NCBI GenBank assembly: GCA_030141605.1
Contig: JAQGDQ010001522.1
Location: forward strand, 1 to 36,566
Length of the DNA: 36,566 nucleotides
Direction: 5' to 3'
DNA from: Tubiluchus corallicola
Lineage: Eukaryota > Animalia > Priapulida
The position numbers and the translations under genes were made by a program. Below, piece by piece: positions 12,694-26,277 of this stretch. How positions within the stretch are numbered: position 1 is the first letter of the stretch; each line of letters begins with the position of its first letter. The notes under the pieces were generated by a model. That model worked only from the letters and a program-made list of their open reading frames with translations, did no database searches and was not told the origin of the DNA.

Positions 12694-13408
12694 TCTGTAT
12701 ACTGTTAGGCCCGTCGCTGTCCGTCCGCATTCAATAGTCCCTTTGTCGGTATGCAGTGGATAAAGTAGTCTACATGATTTCTTTGTGATCTACATGTGAA
12801 ATGCTGCTCCGTTTCAACCGAATTTTATAAGTTTAATTAAGATTATTATAGTGAAAATGAAAGGTGATATGCGTAAAGAACTGTATTTTTTCGTGTGCAA
12901 GTTCCTTTGAACGAAAAAATGATGCATAATATAAAAATTTTGTACATAAATTGTTTTTTAAATCATTTGCCGATGAGTAAAATTCATAGAATAGAACAAA
13001 GCAAACTGGATTTACGAATCGTGTGTAGTGTCGTTGATGATAATTACAGCACAAGGACAGAGGTAACTAGAAGTAGTGTGATGTGCAAAACCACAAAGGG
13101 ACCCGTTATTAAACGAAAGTTAATCATTATCTTGTGGGCAAAGTGCTGTCCGAAGAATAACAAACAGTCTACTGTTGTGGTATCATGAGGCATATCTTTT
13201 CAGTTTTTCGAATCCTAGTTACAATAGCTAACTTTTAAGAAAAATCTACGGGGAATTTCACTTTCTTCACGAAATTGTTGAAGCAGAAAAAGAAAAAACT
13301 ATAAGAAAAATACATTGGTAAATGCCTAAAAAATGAGTGAAAAGATGCAAACCTACAAAAACGTATTGCGCTGTGACAAAAAATTTGCCCGTTGGAAAGT
13401 CGGTGCTT

Positions 13409-13787
13409 ACGATCGGGATTAGCCAGGGTGGTGTACAGTAGAAACAACATAGTATGACACCGCTCTGGAAACGATCAGGATTAGCCAGGGTGGTGTACAG
13501 TGGAAACAATATAGTATCACACCGTTCTGGGAACGATCAGGATTAGCCAGGGTGGTGTACAGTGTAAACAATATAGTATGACACCGCTCTGGGAACGATC
13601 GAGATTAGCCAGGATGGTGTACAGTAGAAACAATATAGTATGACACCGCTCTGGGAACGATCAGGATTAGCCAGGGTGGTGTACAGTAGAAACAACATAG
13701 TATGACACCGCTCTGAGAACGATCGGGATTAGCCAGGGTGGTGTACAGTAGACACAATATAGTATGACACCGCTCTGGGAACAATCG
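13409..13787 (+). repeat. 62-bp minisatellite, 6 full copies plus a partial, each with an internal inverted repeat
   Basis: Units start at 13409, 13471, 13533, 13595, 13657, 13719 and 13781 (partial). Consensus acgatcRggattagccagggtggtgtacagtagaaacaatatagtatgacaccgctctggga. Confidence 0.97.
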
Positions 13788-13789
13788 TG

Positions 13790-14500
13790 AGAGAACATAG
13801 AAAATGCGACAGAACCTTGGTTAATTCAAGTTCAATTAAAAAGAACTTAAGTCAGTTCTCCCCACGAACGAGTTTTGAATTAGCTTAGAGAACTGCAACA
13901 AAAAAGGTGCAAATTCAACTAGGTGATAAAGAGACAGCTGATGAAATGATTAGTAAATAGAAGCCAAATTACTTAGTAAACAACCCTAGAAAGAGGAAAC
14001 TAAATGTACAATGTATTGGACAATGTGGTGGGCTATGATACAAACCTAAGCGAAGATGAGATGAGATTAAGCGCAGAAATGGGATTCCAGTCGATCAGAT
14101 GATTTGCAGCGTTGAGGAGTTGACGCAAAAAGAACCTCATTACGTGCTACAGATGTCAGTCGTACAAGCACATAGCCATATGGTGTAAGAAGTCTGCCAA
14201 ATGTGGAAAGTGCTCTCTGAACCATAAAACAAAAGGAATTTAAGCGCTCTAATTGTGGGAAAGAAGCACATAGTAAGTTAGCTACATATAAATTTTGAGG
14301 AATCAATTTTAACTTTTTGTCATATAGAACACGCACTGCTCTTGATAAATATCTTAACCTGCATAAAGGCTGCGCGGGATCATCTCTTTCAATCTTAGCA
14401 TCTATATCACAATCGCTAGCAATGTACACTTAGACTTGCCTTACATTCAAATCTACTCTCTCAACCAGAAATCTGGATATTTAAATGCTCGTTTTGCGAC
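13790..14500 (+). mobile_element. Degenerate non-LTR retrotransposon ORF1 (gag-like CCHC zinc knuckles), possibly followed by the start of ORF2
   Basis: From 14145 the frame reads CYRCQSYKHIAIWC (CX2CX4HX4C), then KKSAK-CGKCSLNH, then after a frameshift FK(R)SNCGKEAH. This is the triple-knuckle pattern of LINE ORF1. Stops and frameshifts are present. Confidence 0.72.
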
Positions 14501-15149
14501 TTAGCAGCTATATCCATTTAAAATTTTCTAAAATACAGTATCTATAGCTAAAATTTCCTCCTGGGCTGTATTCAGTGAGTGCGATCCTATTTTTGGCAAA
14601 ATTTACAAAATTGATTATTTTTAATAAAAAATGGCAAAGTCATCCAGAGGGGTTGTGAAACTTTTCACAATTGTTTTTAATAACTAAGTATGAGAAAAGT
14701 AACCAAGTACATTTAGTTTTGCTCGGAGTTTACAGTACTCGATCAGTCAATCAGACCATATAGGTTAATGGCTAGGCGTCTGAGAACCGAAGATTTTAAA
14801 AAAGGTACATGTACTTGTTGTTGCCGCTGCTGCTGCTGCTGTTCCTGTCCTGTTCCTGCTGCTGTTGTGTTTTGCTATTGCTATTATCGTCGACGTCGTT
14901 GTTGTTGTCGTAATTGATATCGGTTTATTAATGTTCAACCACTAAAATATAGAGAAGTTGGCGCAAATTAACAAGCACAGACATTGCAAACACTGCATTA
15001 ATAAGTTGACGAGCGCTGCAATCGTACATATCAATAATATGACTCCCCTCTCCCTCTTCCTATTTTCTCCTCCCTCCCCTCTCTCTCTCTCTCTCTCTCC
15101 TTACCCGGACTTCCCTGCCTCAACGTACAGTAAACCGAAGTGAAATATT

Positions 15150-15780
15150 GATCAGCCTGCAGAGACAAATTTTCGCCTATTAAAGAAGCCAAGTTTTCTG
15201 GGCTTCTATGACGGCAATTTATCGTTAGACATAATGATGAAGCTGTATCCATTATCTATAGGGAACATCCATGCGTTTCAGTAAAGTCAACTTAGCTGTC
15301 ATTTGGTAAAAGCATGCCATATCTATTTCAGTACCAGTAATCTACAAAAATTAACGTCTGTAAGGCACTGTTACCAATTTAAATAATGAAGTCACAGAAT
15401 TCCATTAATAACATAAATCTCTACGTCTCTGTGAGTTAATGTTTCATTGAATCCCATGAATGCCTAATAGCTGGAGCAATATTAAGATTTATAGCAGGTC
15501 TATCACGACTTTAAACGTTCATCATAATTTGTAATTTAAATCACGTTACACACCATTCCTTTCTCAACCGACTTTATGTTTAATATATTTTGTACCGTCC
15601 TAACATCGTCAATTTACACAGAGTTCCGGGAACCTTCTCTGACTTATTTCGTAGAACATTCAGTTTTACGAGCGAGGAACAAAATTTGTGCACTAAGTGC
15701 CATACGAGCAATCTTCGCTAAAAGCAGTTGAAATAGGTCTCGTAAAGTTGAATTGAGCTTGACGATAGGGATTAACAATG
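15150..15780 (-). mobile_element. Possible highly decayed LINE RT fragment
   Basis: Scattered minus-strand remnants NFTRPIS (NYRPIS-like), YDERLKS, TLTHRRRR and VIEA..LAS, in plausible order; weak. Confidence 0.35.
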
Positions 15781-16036
15781 AAAAACTAAGAGGCAAGTTG
15801 AGCCACATGAATTTATTCACGAAGATGTTCATGACAATTTTACCAAGACTATTCTAGTACTCACCTTTGCTTGAAGAATTACAATGCTGCAAAAGCCAAA
15901 TATTTTTCAGAAGGTTTCTGGATCTTTGCCATAAAGTTATTAGAATACTTAAATAATAACGGTCGAATTTATCTTTACCTATGTACAAAATCTTGAATTT
16001 GATGAAACTATTGGGAAAATGTCCATCTAATAATTT

Positions 16037-17253
<1,217 letters not shown>

Positions 17254-17735
17254 AACAGCGGTAAGACGTGTATGTGAACAAAACGTGATCCGATCATTAA
17301 CTAGCCAAAGCCACTATCTGAACAGAAAGGCAACACACTTGACCATCTGATAGTTGTCCATGCGTGTGCGTGTATGTTCTTTTATAACATTCAAAAAGAC
17401 GTGGCTACAGACGATCAGCTTTATGCACAATTTTTCTTTTCTGTAGGCTTACTACATACTACACGTGTAAATTTCTTGCATCAGTTTTTTTTCCATTAAG
17501 CAGCTACTTGCTCAGATGTTTACTGCTTAGCTTCAACTTCCTGCATTATTTAGTCACTGTATAAATGATTAATAATCTTCTTAGCTGCTTGGTTAGCAAC
17601 GTAGTCTTTCAGAAAACCCCCATGTTCTTGTAATATTTATTGCAGGCCACATGGTTCTCAGAATACGTTTTGCAATATTCAAAGGATTTCCATCACTGCC
17701 ACTACAGACGTTTCCATCCCAATGCGAATACCCGC

Positions 17736-17895
17736 CATCATCGTCATCGTCGCTGTCAAGCGATCATCATCGTCGTCATCATCATCATCATCTTCTTCTT
17801 CTTCTCCTTCTTCTTCTCCTTCTTCTTCTTCTTCTTCATCGCTAACGGTAGTAGTAGTTCTAGTAATAGTAGTAATAGCAGCAACAGCAGTAACA
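17736..17895 (+). repeat. Compound (CAT/CGT)(CTT)(GTA/GCA) microsatellite
   Basis: Directly visible. Confidence 0.93.
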
Positions 17896-18363
17896 TTTAG
17901 TCCCTAATCATTATCGTCATGGTCATAGTAATATCGTTGTTATTCTTGTCACTATAACGTAGCAGTTCAACATTGAATAAACAAGCGATCTAGTTATTTT
18001 TTGTTATTAATAGAATTACGAAAACAGATTTTGACCAACTTTCTAAAGTTAGTAATGGGTATAGTTGAGAAGCTCAGTAATGCAATGCTCCTACATAAAA
18101 CAGAATGCATGCCGTAATTTGATTATTCCAACCTGGCCTTCCTGTCTGTAAAGGTAAATGCTGTAGGCTAGCTCACTTCAAAAGTCAGCTCACATGCTAT
18201 TTTGTTTGAAGATTTGAAGCTACTGGCAATAAAGTTTTATACTCGTATTCTGGATCTTTTAACTTTTCTCATTTGCTGTAATATTTTATCGCTTGCATGC
18301 CGCTCTATACATCCTGAGACCGATCCACGCAGGACCCTGCATTCGTTGCAATACTAATTACAC

Positions 18364-18706
18364 CCTCTAATTTACAATTCAATTCTAATAATTAATTTTG
18401 ATGCCAAAAAATCTCTGTTAAACATATTGTTGATGTTCAATATTTAGCCAGTTTTGTAATTACTAGGTGAGGTCAGACGGAACCTGTACATAAAAAATTG
18501 CGTAACAGAAAAGTTGTGCTTGTCAATTTAATAAACCAAAGCACATCAAGTGGTAAAAAACAGATTATCGGAAAAATACGGAAATATTATAATAATCATG
18601 TTTACATACGTAGGAATTAACATCTTGTAAATATTATGCCTTACGTTTAGCAGATTTTTAGTAAGCTCATCTTTGCATATGTAACTGTAAATAGTGTTAT
18701 TTAGTG
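18364..18706 (+). repeat. Diverged direct repeat, copy A (Ly6 last intron)
   Basis: Collinear with 19656-20046, sharing cctctaatttacaattc, attttgatgcca, ttagccagtt..tgt.attactagg.gagg.cagacgg, taataatcatgttta, taggaattaacatcttgta and tgtaaatagtgttattta. Confidence 0.9.
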
Positions 18707-19251
18707 TTAATAACCATAGTGTTTGTTGTGACAGACAACTTAATAAGTTACTAATATATTTTAATTGTACAGTGTAGTTTACGTTTTATTAATTTTTTAG
18801 ATATATTTCTTACGCTTCACCGGTATATCAAGATCACCAAAATTAATTAATGTGCAAAATTTAATGAAATGTAATTGCTGAAACGTAACTTACAGGCAAT
18901 ATGAGCTATTAAGATAGGTGCACAATTTAAAAAGTAGTCCTAATTACCACTATCATCATGAACTCACACCGTCATCGCTGTCGCCACGGCCACCACCATA
19001 TAACCAATCCTCATAACCACCAGCAGCTACAAAATGACCCTTATTTAAAACACTATAGAGCAATATTTCTGATTCAACTTAAAATGCTCCTTAATTAAAA
19101 CAAGCCTCAGTACATAATTGAAACGTAACTTTAGATAATTGCATGGAGTCGTGGATCAGTTAGTTACAAAATCGTAAACGTGCCATCTATCTGATGAAAA
19201 CTTAAACTTCAAAAAATGTTGAGTTTTAATGTGTAGTTTCGGATTTTTTAG

Positions 19252-19481
19252 TTGAAACTGGGAAAACTATGGTCGTCCGTACTTGCGGCGTCGATAGTGG
19301 AACGTTGACCATAGATACGGAAATAGTACGAATGAGTCATTGCGGAAGCTTCCTGTATCAAGGAGAAATGGTTTCCGGTTGCGTCTCTACCTGCGATAGC
19401 TTCGACGGTTGCAACGCCGCAACGTCAGTTGTTCCCATGGCAACCATCATCCTGATAACGATCACCCTCAGCTGCTGCTGA
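19252..19481 (+). CDS. Ly6/uPAR three-finger protein, final coding exon (C-terminal LU half plus GPI-anchor-type tail)
   Basis: Acceptor tttttAG at 19250-19251, phase 1. Translation (V)ETGKTMVVRTCGVDSGTLTIDTEIVRMSHCGSFLYQGEMVSGCVSTCDSFDGCNAATSVVPMATIILITITLSCC*. It has the terminal GCN motif and a hydrophobic tail. Spliced CDS is 82+177+230=489 nt (162 aa) with 10 Cys in the mature domain. Confidence 0.92.
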
Positions 19482-19655
19482 AGAAGTCCCCCGCTTTTAA
19501 TGTGGCGGCGAAAATCGCAGACAGAAACTGTGAATTTTTCACGTTTTCCAAATTGGCGACGGGGCTGATCCATTTCATCAGACAGGAAATATGAATTACC
19601 CGAACTTAAAACTACCATGGCTACGATCGTTTGTTAAAAGTAACAAATACTGCAA

Positions 19656-20046
19656 CCTCTAATTTACAATTCCAAGAATAATCAGTTACAATTTTGATGC
19701 CAGAAAATCTCTGACAAACGTATTCTTGATGTCCAATACTTAGCCAGTTATGTGATTACTAGGCGAGGCCAGACGGGCAACTCGATTAAAATGTGGCTGA
19801 GCTTGTACAATAAAAATTGCTTAAAGGAAACGTTGTACTTGTCAATTTGGTAAACCAAGACAAAGTTCGTCACGTGATAGTAAAGAGATTATTGGAAAAA
19901 CATTGAAACATAATAATCATGTTTATATTACATAGGAATTAACATCTTGTACATCGTGTAAATATTGTGACTTACGTTTAACAGATTCTTAGTAAGCCTA
20001 ACTTTGCGAGTTTTATTGTATTAATTGTAAATAGTGTTATTTAATG
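19656..20046 (+). repeat. Diverged direct repeat, copy B (just downstream of the Ly6 stop codon; presumed 3' UTR)
   Basis: Same shared blocks as copy A, with several small insertions relative to A. Confidence 0.9.
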
Positions 20047-22312
20047 TGAAAGTGAAGCCATATTCATCAGATACAATATGTAACTGATGTTTTTAGAATA
20101 TTAAAGACTATGCTACCATAATGGGCTTTCACTTGAAGCGTGTTCAGTAGGAGAATGTCCTCATTTTTACGGCGTTTTCTTACGTTGCTGTGTACGTATA
20201 GTCAAATTTAAAAAAGTCAGAACAGTGACATCACAGGGCCACGAAGGGAACCATAATTAATGTATACGCCGTGTTACGAGTGCTACTACAAACAGGAGTC
20301 TCAAGTCTAAAATAATAAATACCCTGCGTGAGAGGAATTTCTCGCCATTCCACTGGACAAATTTGCTTTCGTTCAGGTTGGTTGTCATAGTAACTGCACT
20401 AACTGCTAGAATTACTGAATGGGTTACTCAGCTTGACAAGGAATGGCCCTTGCCGAGTGCGAAAAATCATGTGAAAGGTGAAAGCGTAAATTAACGACTT
20501 CCAATTAAAGGAGCGGCTTTATATGTTCAGTGAACTTGAATTAGAGGCAAAAGAAACTAGGAATTTGATTTTTCCTGAAATGCCCGAGAAGAAATCCGAA
20601 AATTCTAATTAAATGTGTTGCGAAAATGTCAATGTGTTTTTCCGTGTCAAATTGATTAAACACATTAAACAGATAATATTTCTAAGAGACGTTTTAACTC
20701 ACCAAAGTAGACTAAACTCTGTAGTAGTAGGCATGTAATTAGTCACAGCATACGCATAGACTTTTATTATAATTGAACTAATTTCATGTGGGCCTGTGAA
20801 TGATGGAATGACACATTCATATGTGCGTACGCGCCAGTGCACGCACTCATACTGACGCTTATTCTGTCATGTGGCTAAATTCAGATCAGTCGGTTTCACA
20901 AAAAGACAGACCTCAAAAAACGCCTTTCATCGACTAGCGACGTACGTAAATAACGGTTAACGGATTGACAACACTGTCATGCTTTCTTATGGTAGAGTTT
21001 TGACTGAACGTGTGAGCCAGATGGGCAATAAAGCTAATAGATATAATAGTAATCACAGCTTATCTAAATGCCTTTATAATGCCCACTTAGGACTTGTAAT
21101 TACATATTGCATATCAATTACCTAGGCTATTTGAAGAGAATTCATTATTAGTTATTATTATTATTATTAATATTATTGTGTGGAGTGAATTTAGTTAACG
21201 AAAATATGGCATTATAGCAACATTAATTATAATTGTCACAGCACAGTTTTTTAGTCTTGAGAGATTTGTCTTTTGGAATATAACATTTAGTATAAATTTT
21301 AAACTAGGCAGACAAAAGAAATCATGAAAAAAATATTTATAAATTGTATTTACATTCTGTATGTATTGTACTTTACTTTTAATTTTGTGTGCCACTAATT
21401 AGTATTTCTATTAGAATTGTTCTATCAATTATACTGCATTTTAATGTGCTAAAAAAAACTTGAACTGAAAATTAAAAACGAAAAATACGCAGGATGAAGA
21501 TTCTCATATGTAATAAAAGAACAAAACGATTCATAGAACTAAGCTGTTCTTTGCTGCTGACATCTTCACTGTAACTCATAACAAAATACAGCAACGCATT
21601 TATATCACGTCACCTATGTACAGGAGTTAATTAACTGTAGCTAAGAGAGAAGCCCTTTAATTAGCTCGAAAACGTCATTCGCAATTGAGGGGTGGGTAGA
21701 AATGAAACAGGAGATGGACAAAATTAGAGATAATGCATGGTACAGACGAGCCTTGGGTCTAACAAAAGGTCAGTTGTGTTCAGCCAGCTGAAAACACTAG
21801 GTAATAGCTTGATGCTAGTCTTTCTGAGTGTTTTGATTGCACGTGTAATGTAATGCTATACCGTACTGTGAAATTCAAACTTTGTAGGGCCCTTGATTCT
21901 GATATCAATGTAGTATGAACTTCGGCACACTTTTCTGAACCACCCGATACAAAGATTTTTTATTATCGTGATCTGTGTAATTTAATTCAAAGTTGATTTA
22001 AAACGTTAAATTTTCTGAAAAACAAGTCAACTATAATATTGTACTTTTAAAATCTACATTGTAGGTGTTATTGTAGTGAGACATTTGTGCATAATACACA
22101 TAGTGATGCAGTTTTCTTTAGTAGTACATCTTTTATCTCAAGTAAAATCCTGTCATCTTGCATGTATTGTAAATTTAAACCACTTGCTCGTGTGGACCTC
22201 TCATTTAAAAAGACCGTCTATAAAAACTTTTCTGATAACAAATAGCAACTAAAATTTTCCATTCCACAGATTATGCAAAAACAAAGAATATAAGGTGTAA
22301 AAACATTTTATT

Positions 22313-22318
22313 AATAAA
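22313..22318 (+). promoter_or_regulatory. Candidate polyadenylation signal of the Ly6 gene
   Basis: AATAAA followed by a GT/T-rich tract (ttgtgttgtgtaatttatgtt). Other AATAAA hexamers occur nearer the stop codon. Confidence 0.4.
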
Positions 22319-24129
22319 TCTGATTGTAATTTGTGTTGTGTAATTTATGTTAGTTTATGATGCGGTTTTTTAGCCTAACAATTTTAATGGATACCAATTT
22401 ATGCCTACGTGTGTAAGCCAATTCAAGGAGAAATGAACTCTTAGGTTATTAGCCCGCCGAGTTTTTCTAACTGAAAGCTTCAAGTGACAAGTTCCAGGGC
22501 TTCAAATAACACATTTCGTCAAATATAAATCGTGTTAGCGAATTCAAAAAAGCTTTCAGTGAACACTAATTTATCAAGTCAAATACGAGACACCAGACAC
22601 TGAAAACACACTAGCACTAAGAGGTTCACGGATTTTTTCAGTAAGGTATCGGAGAAAACAGACTTAGAAAATCAGTTTATGTTCCTATGTTTAGAACTAG
22701 ACGTTCACCGTCGTCATTTTCAGCATAACTGGCAGCCTGTTTCCCGAGGTTCTTACATCAAGTCGGTTAGACTAGGACAGCAAGATAATACGGGATCGTA
22801 TTTGTGGTTGAGTAAAAACTGAAGGACCTATCTTGAAAAATTCTCAGTTTTATGTAATTTACATTTAAATAAACATGAACAATGACCAAATTCTTTCCAC
22901 AAGTACTACCGTAATTTGTTAGAAGCACTTTGTATAGAATTTCCACTTTGTGGAAAAATAAGAAACGCACGGGGATTTGACAAAAAGCCTCCAGTAAAGT
23001 ACGGTTAATGAACTGATGCGGTAATGGAGAGTCTGATGTCATATTTTCAATTATCTCAAATCCCTGGAAGCGTTGACGACAAATTATGTTTCAGCATTTT
23101 CCAAATGACGCTGCGCTAAAGTTGCTAACTTTAGAAAGGATGACGAAAAAGCTGCAGCTGCGCCCACGTAATGAAACCTTTAATGCTCATTTTCTTTCTA
23201 TCTGTGTAGTACCTTAGCACTACAATACTACAATAGCGAGCCTTTATATACATAGGAAACTCACCCTGTTGCAAAAATATGCAAAGTTATGTAATTTTAA
23301 CACATTTTTCATTAAATTGAACGCCCTTTCTCTGTTTAGGCTTCTATACTGGTATATTGAATGAATTGTACAGCTTTCTTGATTTTTCTATAACTTACTG
23401 ATTAAGGCAATGAAATTTTACCCATAATATTTTTTACTTTCACCCTTGCATACTGCTGATTTTAACAGATTGTTCTTATTTTCACCTATTACATCCAATG
23501 ATAGTTAGAGTGAACGCTCCTGATGATAAAGCATGTTTTCGGACTAAAAGAGGGCACTTCATGTACTAAACATGACAAGTCTCAGGACAGCAATCTCACA
23601 TTTTCCTTTTTCACAAATTGGAAACCACAGCAAGAATGCCCAGGTTCCTAAAACAAAGAATACCTTGTTCTTAAAATGAAAGAATCCTGCAAAGAGAAAC
23701 CTGCTTGAATCCCAAATTGTTCCCCAATAACAGAATGTACGATTGACAGAAAAAACCCTGAAGAAAATAAACTAACAAGAAATTGATATATCTGCACTTG
23801 CAGACTAAATGAAAAGTCTTGTTTTAGCTTGACCTTCTTGTGTTACCCTCTTGTTCCCGCCTATGTAGCTTAATGAGATTCTGCTGCTCAGTTAACCTGA
23901 GATAAATAGCTGCTAATGTTATCCCAGTTATAATTAGGAGAAGGCATAGAGTGTCAGATGTGACTGATGAGTTATGGAGTACTAATAAGACAAGATAAAC
24001 CAGTAAAGGTTAATCTACATGACATGTGCAGTGAAGGGAGCAGCAGATACGTTAACAAAGAAAGACAGAAATCAGCAGCAATTATTAAAACAGTGAATCA
24101 CTAGTGCAAATGCCTGGTATAAGAAAAAG

Positions 24130-24710
24130 ACTGCAGTATTTAAAATATGAGAAAAAGCTCTCCCGAGACTTGTCACCTTTAACATAAAAATGTAATTCCC
24201 TTTATAGTCTCAACGATTACACATTATTTCAGAAACTTTCATCCTATGAGCATGAAATGTTAAAAGAGTATATACCAGTGTAAAACAAAAACATTGAAAG
24301 CAAAAACAGTAGCTAAACATTGATTTTATACTTATACTTGCTTAATGTGTATAAACTACCAAATTTTGTAAACCTCACTCTCGGGTTAGCAGCATAGTCT
24401 ATTCAGGTTATTTATTCTTTTTACTTTCTTTAAATAATTTTTATTCTGGCAAGTTCTGTATAGTTCTGTTTTTTCTTCTTATGCAGTCGTTTTTACTCTT
24501 TCTCTTTCTTTCTCTAACTTATTATATTTCAAATCAATGATGCTTAACTGCTATTTTTTGCTTCTGTCTTTGTTTTACACTGGTACATAGTGTTTACCAT
24601 GTCTTATCTGCAATTTTTTCACCTGATAAGCTACAGTCAAAGCTTCTGAAACAATATATACTCATTGAAACTATAAAGGGCATTACGGTTTTTATGTTAA
24701 ATACTGCAGA
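24130..24710. repeat. Long imperfect inverted repeat (fold-back or MITE-like) between the convergent genes
   Basis: 24178 tttaacataaaaatgtaattccctttatagtctca is the inverse of about 24666-24701. 24273 taccagtgtaaaacaaa...cattgattt is the inverse of about 24531-24585. ctgcagtatttaa (24131) is the inverse of ttaaatactgcag (24697). Spacer about 200 nt. Confidence 0.8.
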
Positions 24711-25037
24711 GTACATAAATGTGGTTCATGTTAACATATGCCTAATAATAAACTGATAAGAATGTATACTGTTTGAATTTATCACAACACAAGGCTCACA
24801 TTGAAGTACTGACACTACTTTCAATTTAAAATAGAAGTTAATATAATGCCAGTAAATTTAGCTTGAAAGAGACAAGATGGTCTGGAATAGTGCTAATTGC
24901 TGAATATAGAAAAAATCATAAAACTTTACATGATATTAGTTTCAGCCTACGATTAGTTCAATTGTTAATTCATACACGCACTCATTAATCACCATTTTGT
25001 TGACAATGAATAATTCACCTAATTAAGCAATCAACAG

Positions 25038-25043
25038 TTTATT
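25038..25043 (-). promoter_or_regulatory. Candidate polyadenylation signal of MCMBP
   Basis: AATAAA on the minus strand about 590 nt after the stop codon. Confidence 0.3.
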
Positions 25044-25630
25044 CCCAAAGTCAGAAAATACTACTCTTGCAATATATTGATATAAAGATGATTTAATAGA
25101 TCAGACCCATTACGGTTCCAAGTAGGCCCATGTGTGCATTTCTAACATGTAAACAAAACACACATTAGCACAAACTTCTTTTTTGTAAACTGTTACATTA
25201 ACAGAATTTTATCAAGATATGGTAACTTGCAAATTTTAGTATAACATGATTATGGCAATCAAGCATGGCAATTTGCAAGTCTTTCATACTTAACAAACTG
25301 CAATTTGTTTTTAATGGGGTAGATTTTCATTCTTGACACACTGCAATCATACGAAGCATAGTCAGCTTACTAAAAGCTCACGAATGCTTTCATAATTCTA
25401 CATTACTACTGTGTATTTATAACAGTAGTAAATGTCTAAGCAAAGATCATAAAAACATGCTTTAGCAACAGTAATTAAAATGAAAAGGGAGCAATTCAGA
25501 TTGTCGCAATTGAACTACTAAACAACCATTTGTAGGTAAAACAACCTGATATGTTATACATTCCAACAAAGTGTTTAAGCTCGAGTAATAAAATAAGGCG
25601 TTACTATCCATAAGGTGCACACATAAGAAA

Positions 25631-25834
25631 CTATGAGGCAGGTCCAAAAGCTGCCAACTGAGCTTTTCTGAGTTGTTCTAATACTTTAGTTCTTTTCCAC
25701 ATGTCCGTGGTTAGAACAGAGGTTCCATGACTCAGCGACAACCACCTAGCAACGCTCAGAAGAATATGAAGATCATCAGCTGATATTTTCTTGTTTGAAT
25801 CCTGCCTCATTTGCACGAAATCGTCTTCCACTAC
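25631..25834 (-). CDS. MCMBP: MCMBP last coding exon
   Basis: Acceptor ctgtAG. Translation VVEDDFVQMRQDSNKKISADDLHILLSVARWLSLSHGTSVLTTDMWKRTKVLEQLRKAQLAAFGPAS* matches the recalled MCMBP C-terminus (VEDDFVxMR...ADDLHxLLxxARxLSLS). Confidence 0.95.
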   Translation of the reverse strand, partial: VVEDDFVQMRQDSNKKISADDLHILLSVARWLSLSHGTSVLTTDMWKRTKVLEQLRKAQLAAFGPAS

Positions 25835-26112
25835 CTACAGCAAGAAATGTGTAAACAAAATCAGGAAATTTGAAAGCTACAAATGGCTTTCACAAATAAC
25901 TCTGGTACAGACAGGTTTCATAAGAAAACAAATTCCACCAAACGTAAAGAATTAACAGCTACCAAAATCAAATTGTGATGTGGTAAATTGATTGAAGCAG
26001 GAAGATTGTTTGCAAATTAATTTTTATGACAGTCAAATATATAAAATATTAAGCAATTATAATTTAGGTAAATACAAATACCACCACCACCTTCCTGTTA
26101 TCAATGGTTTAC

Positions 26113-26277
26113 CTTTTGAGTTTCCTCAGGCAATGAATACTGCATTGCACGCATCAGTGTCATATACGTCCGAAATTTAACTAGCACATCACTGGTTAAG
26201 CGGCTGTGAATGTCCTGAAATCTTGAGTCCAAGTCGTAATCACTGATAGCTGGATATAAATGCACGCAGATATCACA
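26113..26277 (-). CDS. MCMBP: MCMBP penultimate exon
   Basis: Acceptor ttatAG and donor AAG|GTAAAC; 165 nt, phase 0/0. Translation CDICVHLYPAISDYDLDSRFQDIHSRLTSDVLVKFRTYMTLMRAMQYSLPEETQK. Confidence 0.88.

Noticed and set aside
13409-13787. CRISPR array interpretation of the palindromic 62-bp repeat (also considered for the 38-bp satellite)
   Set aside because: There are no unique spacers, whole units are near-identical, no cas genes are present, and the context is a eukaryotic intron.
14067-14429. 120-aa minus-strand ORF
   Set aside because: It is antisense to the CCHC ORF1 remnant and has no recognisable domain.
19500-24000. Hammerhead ribozyme cores at CTGATGA motifs (about 19580 minus, 23520 and 23964 plus)
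   Set aside because: No stem II closed by GAAA or matching stems I/III could be built by eye.
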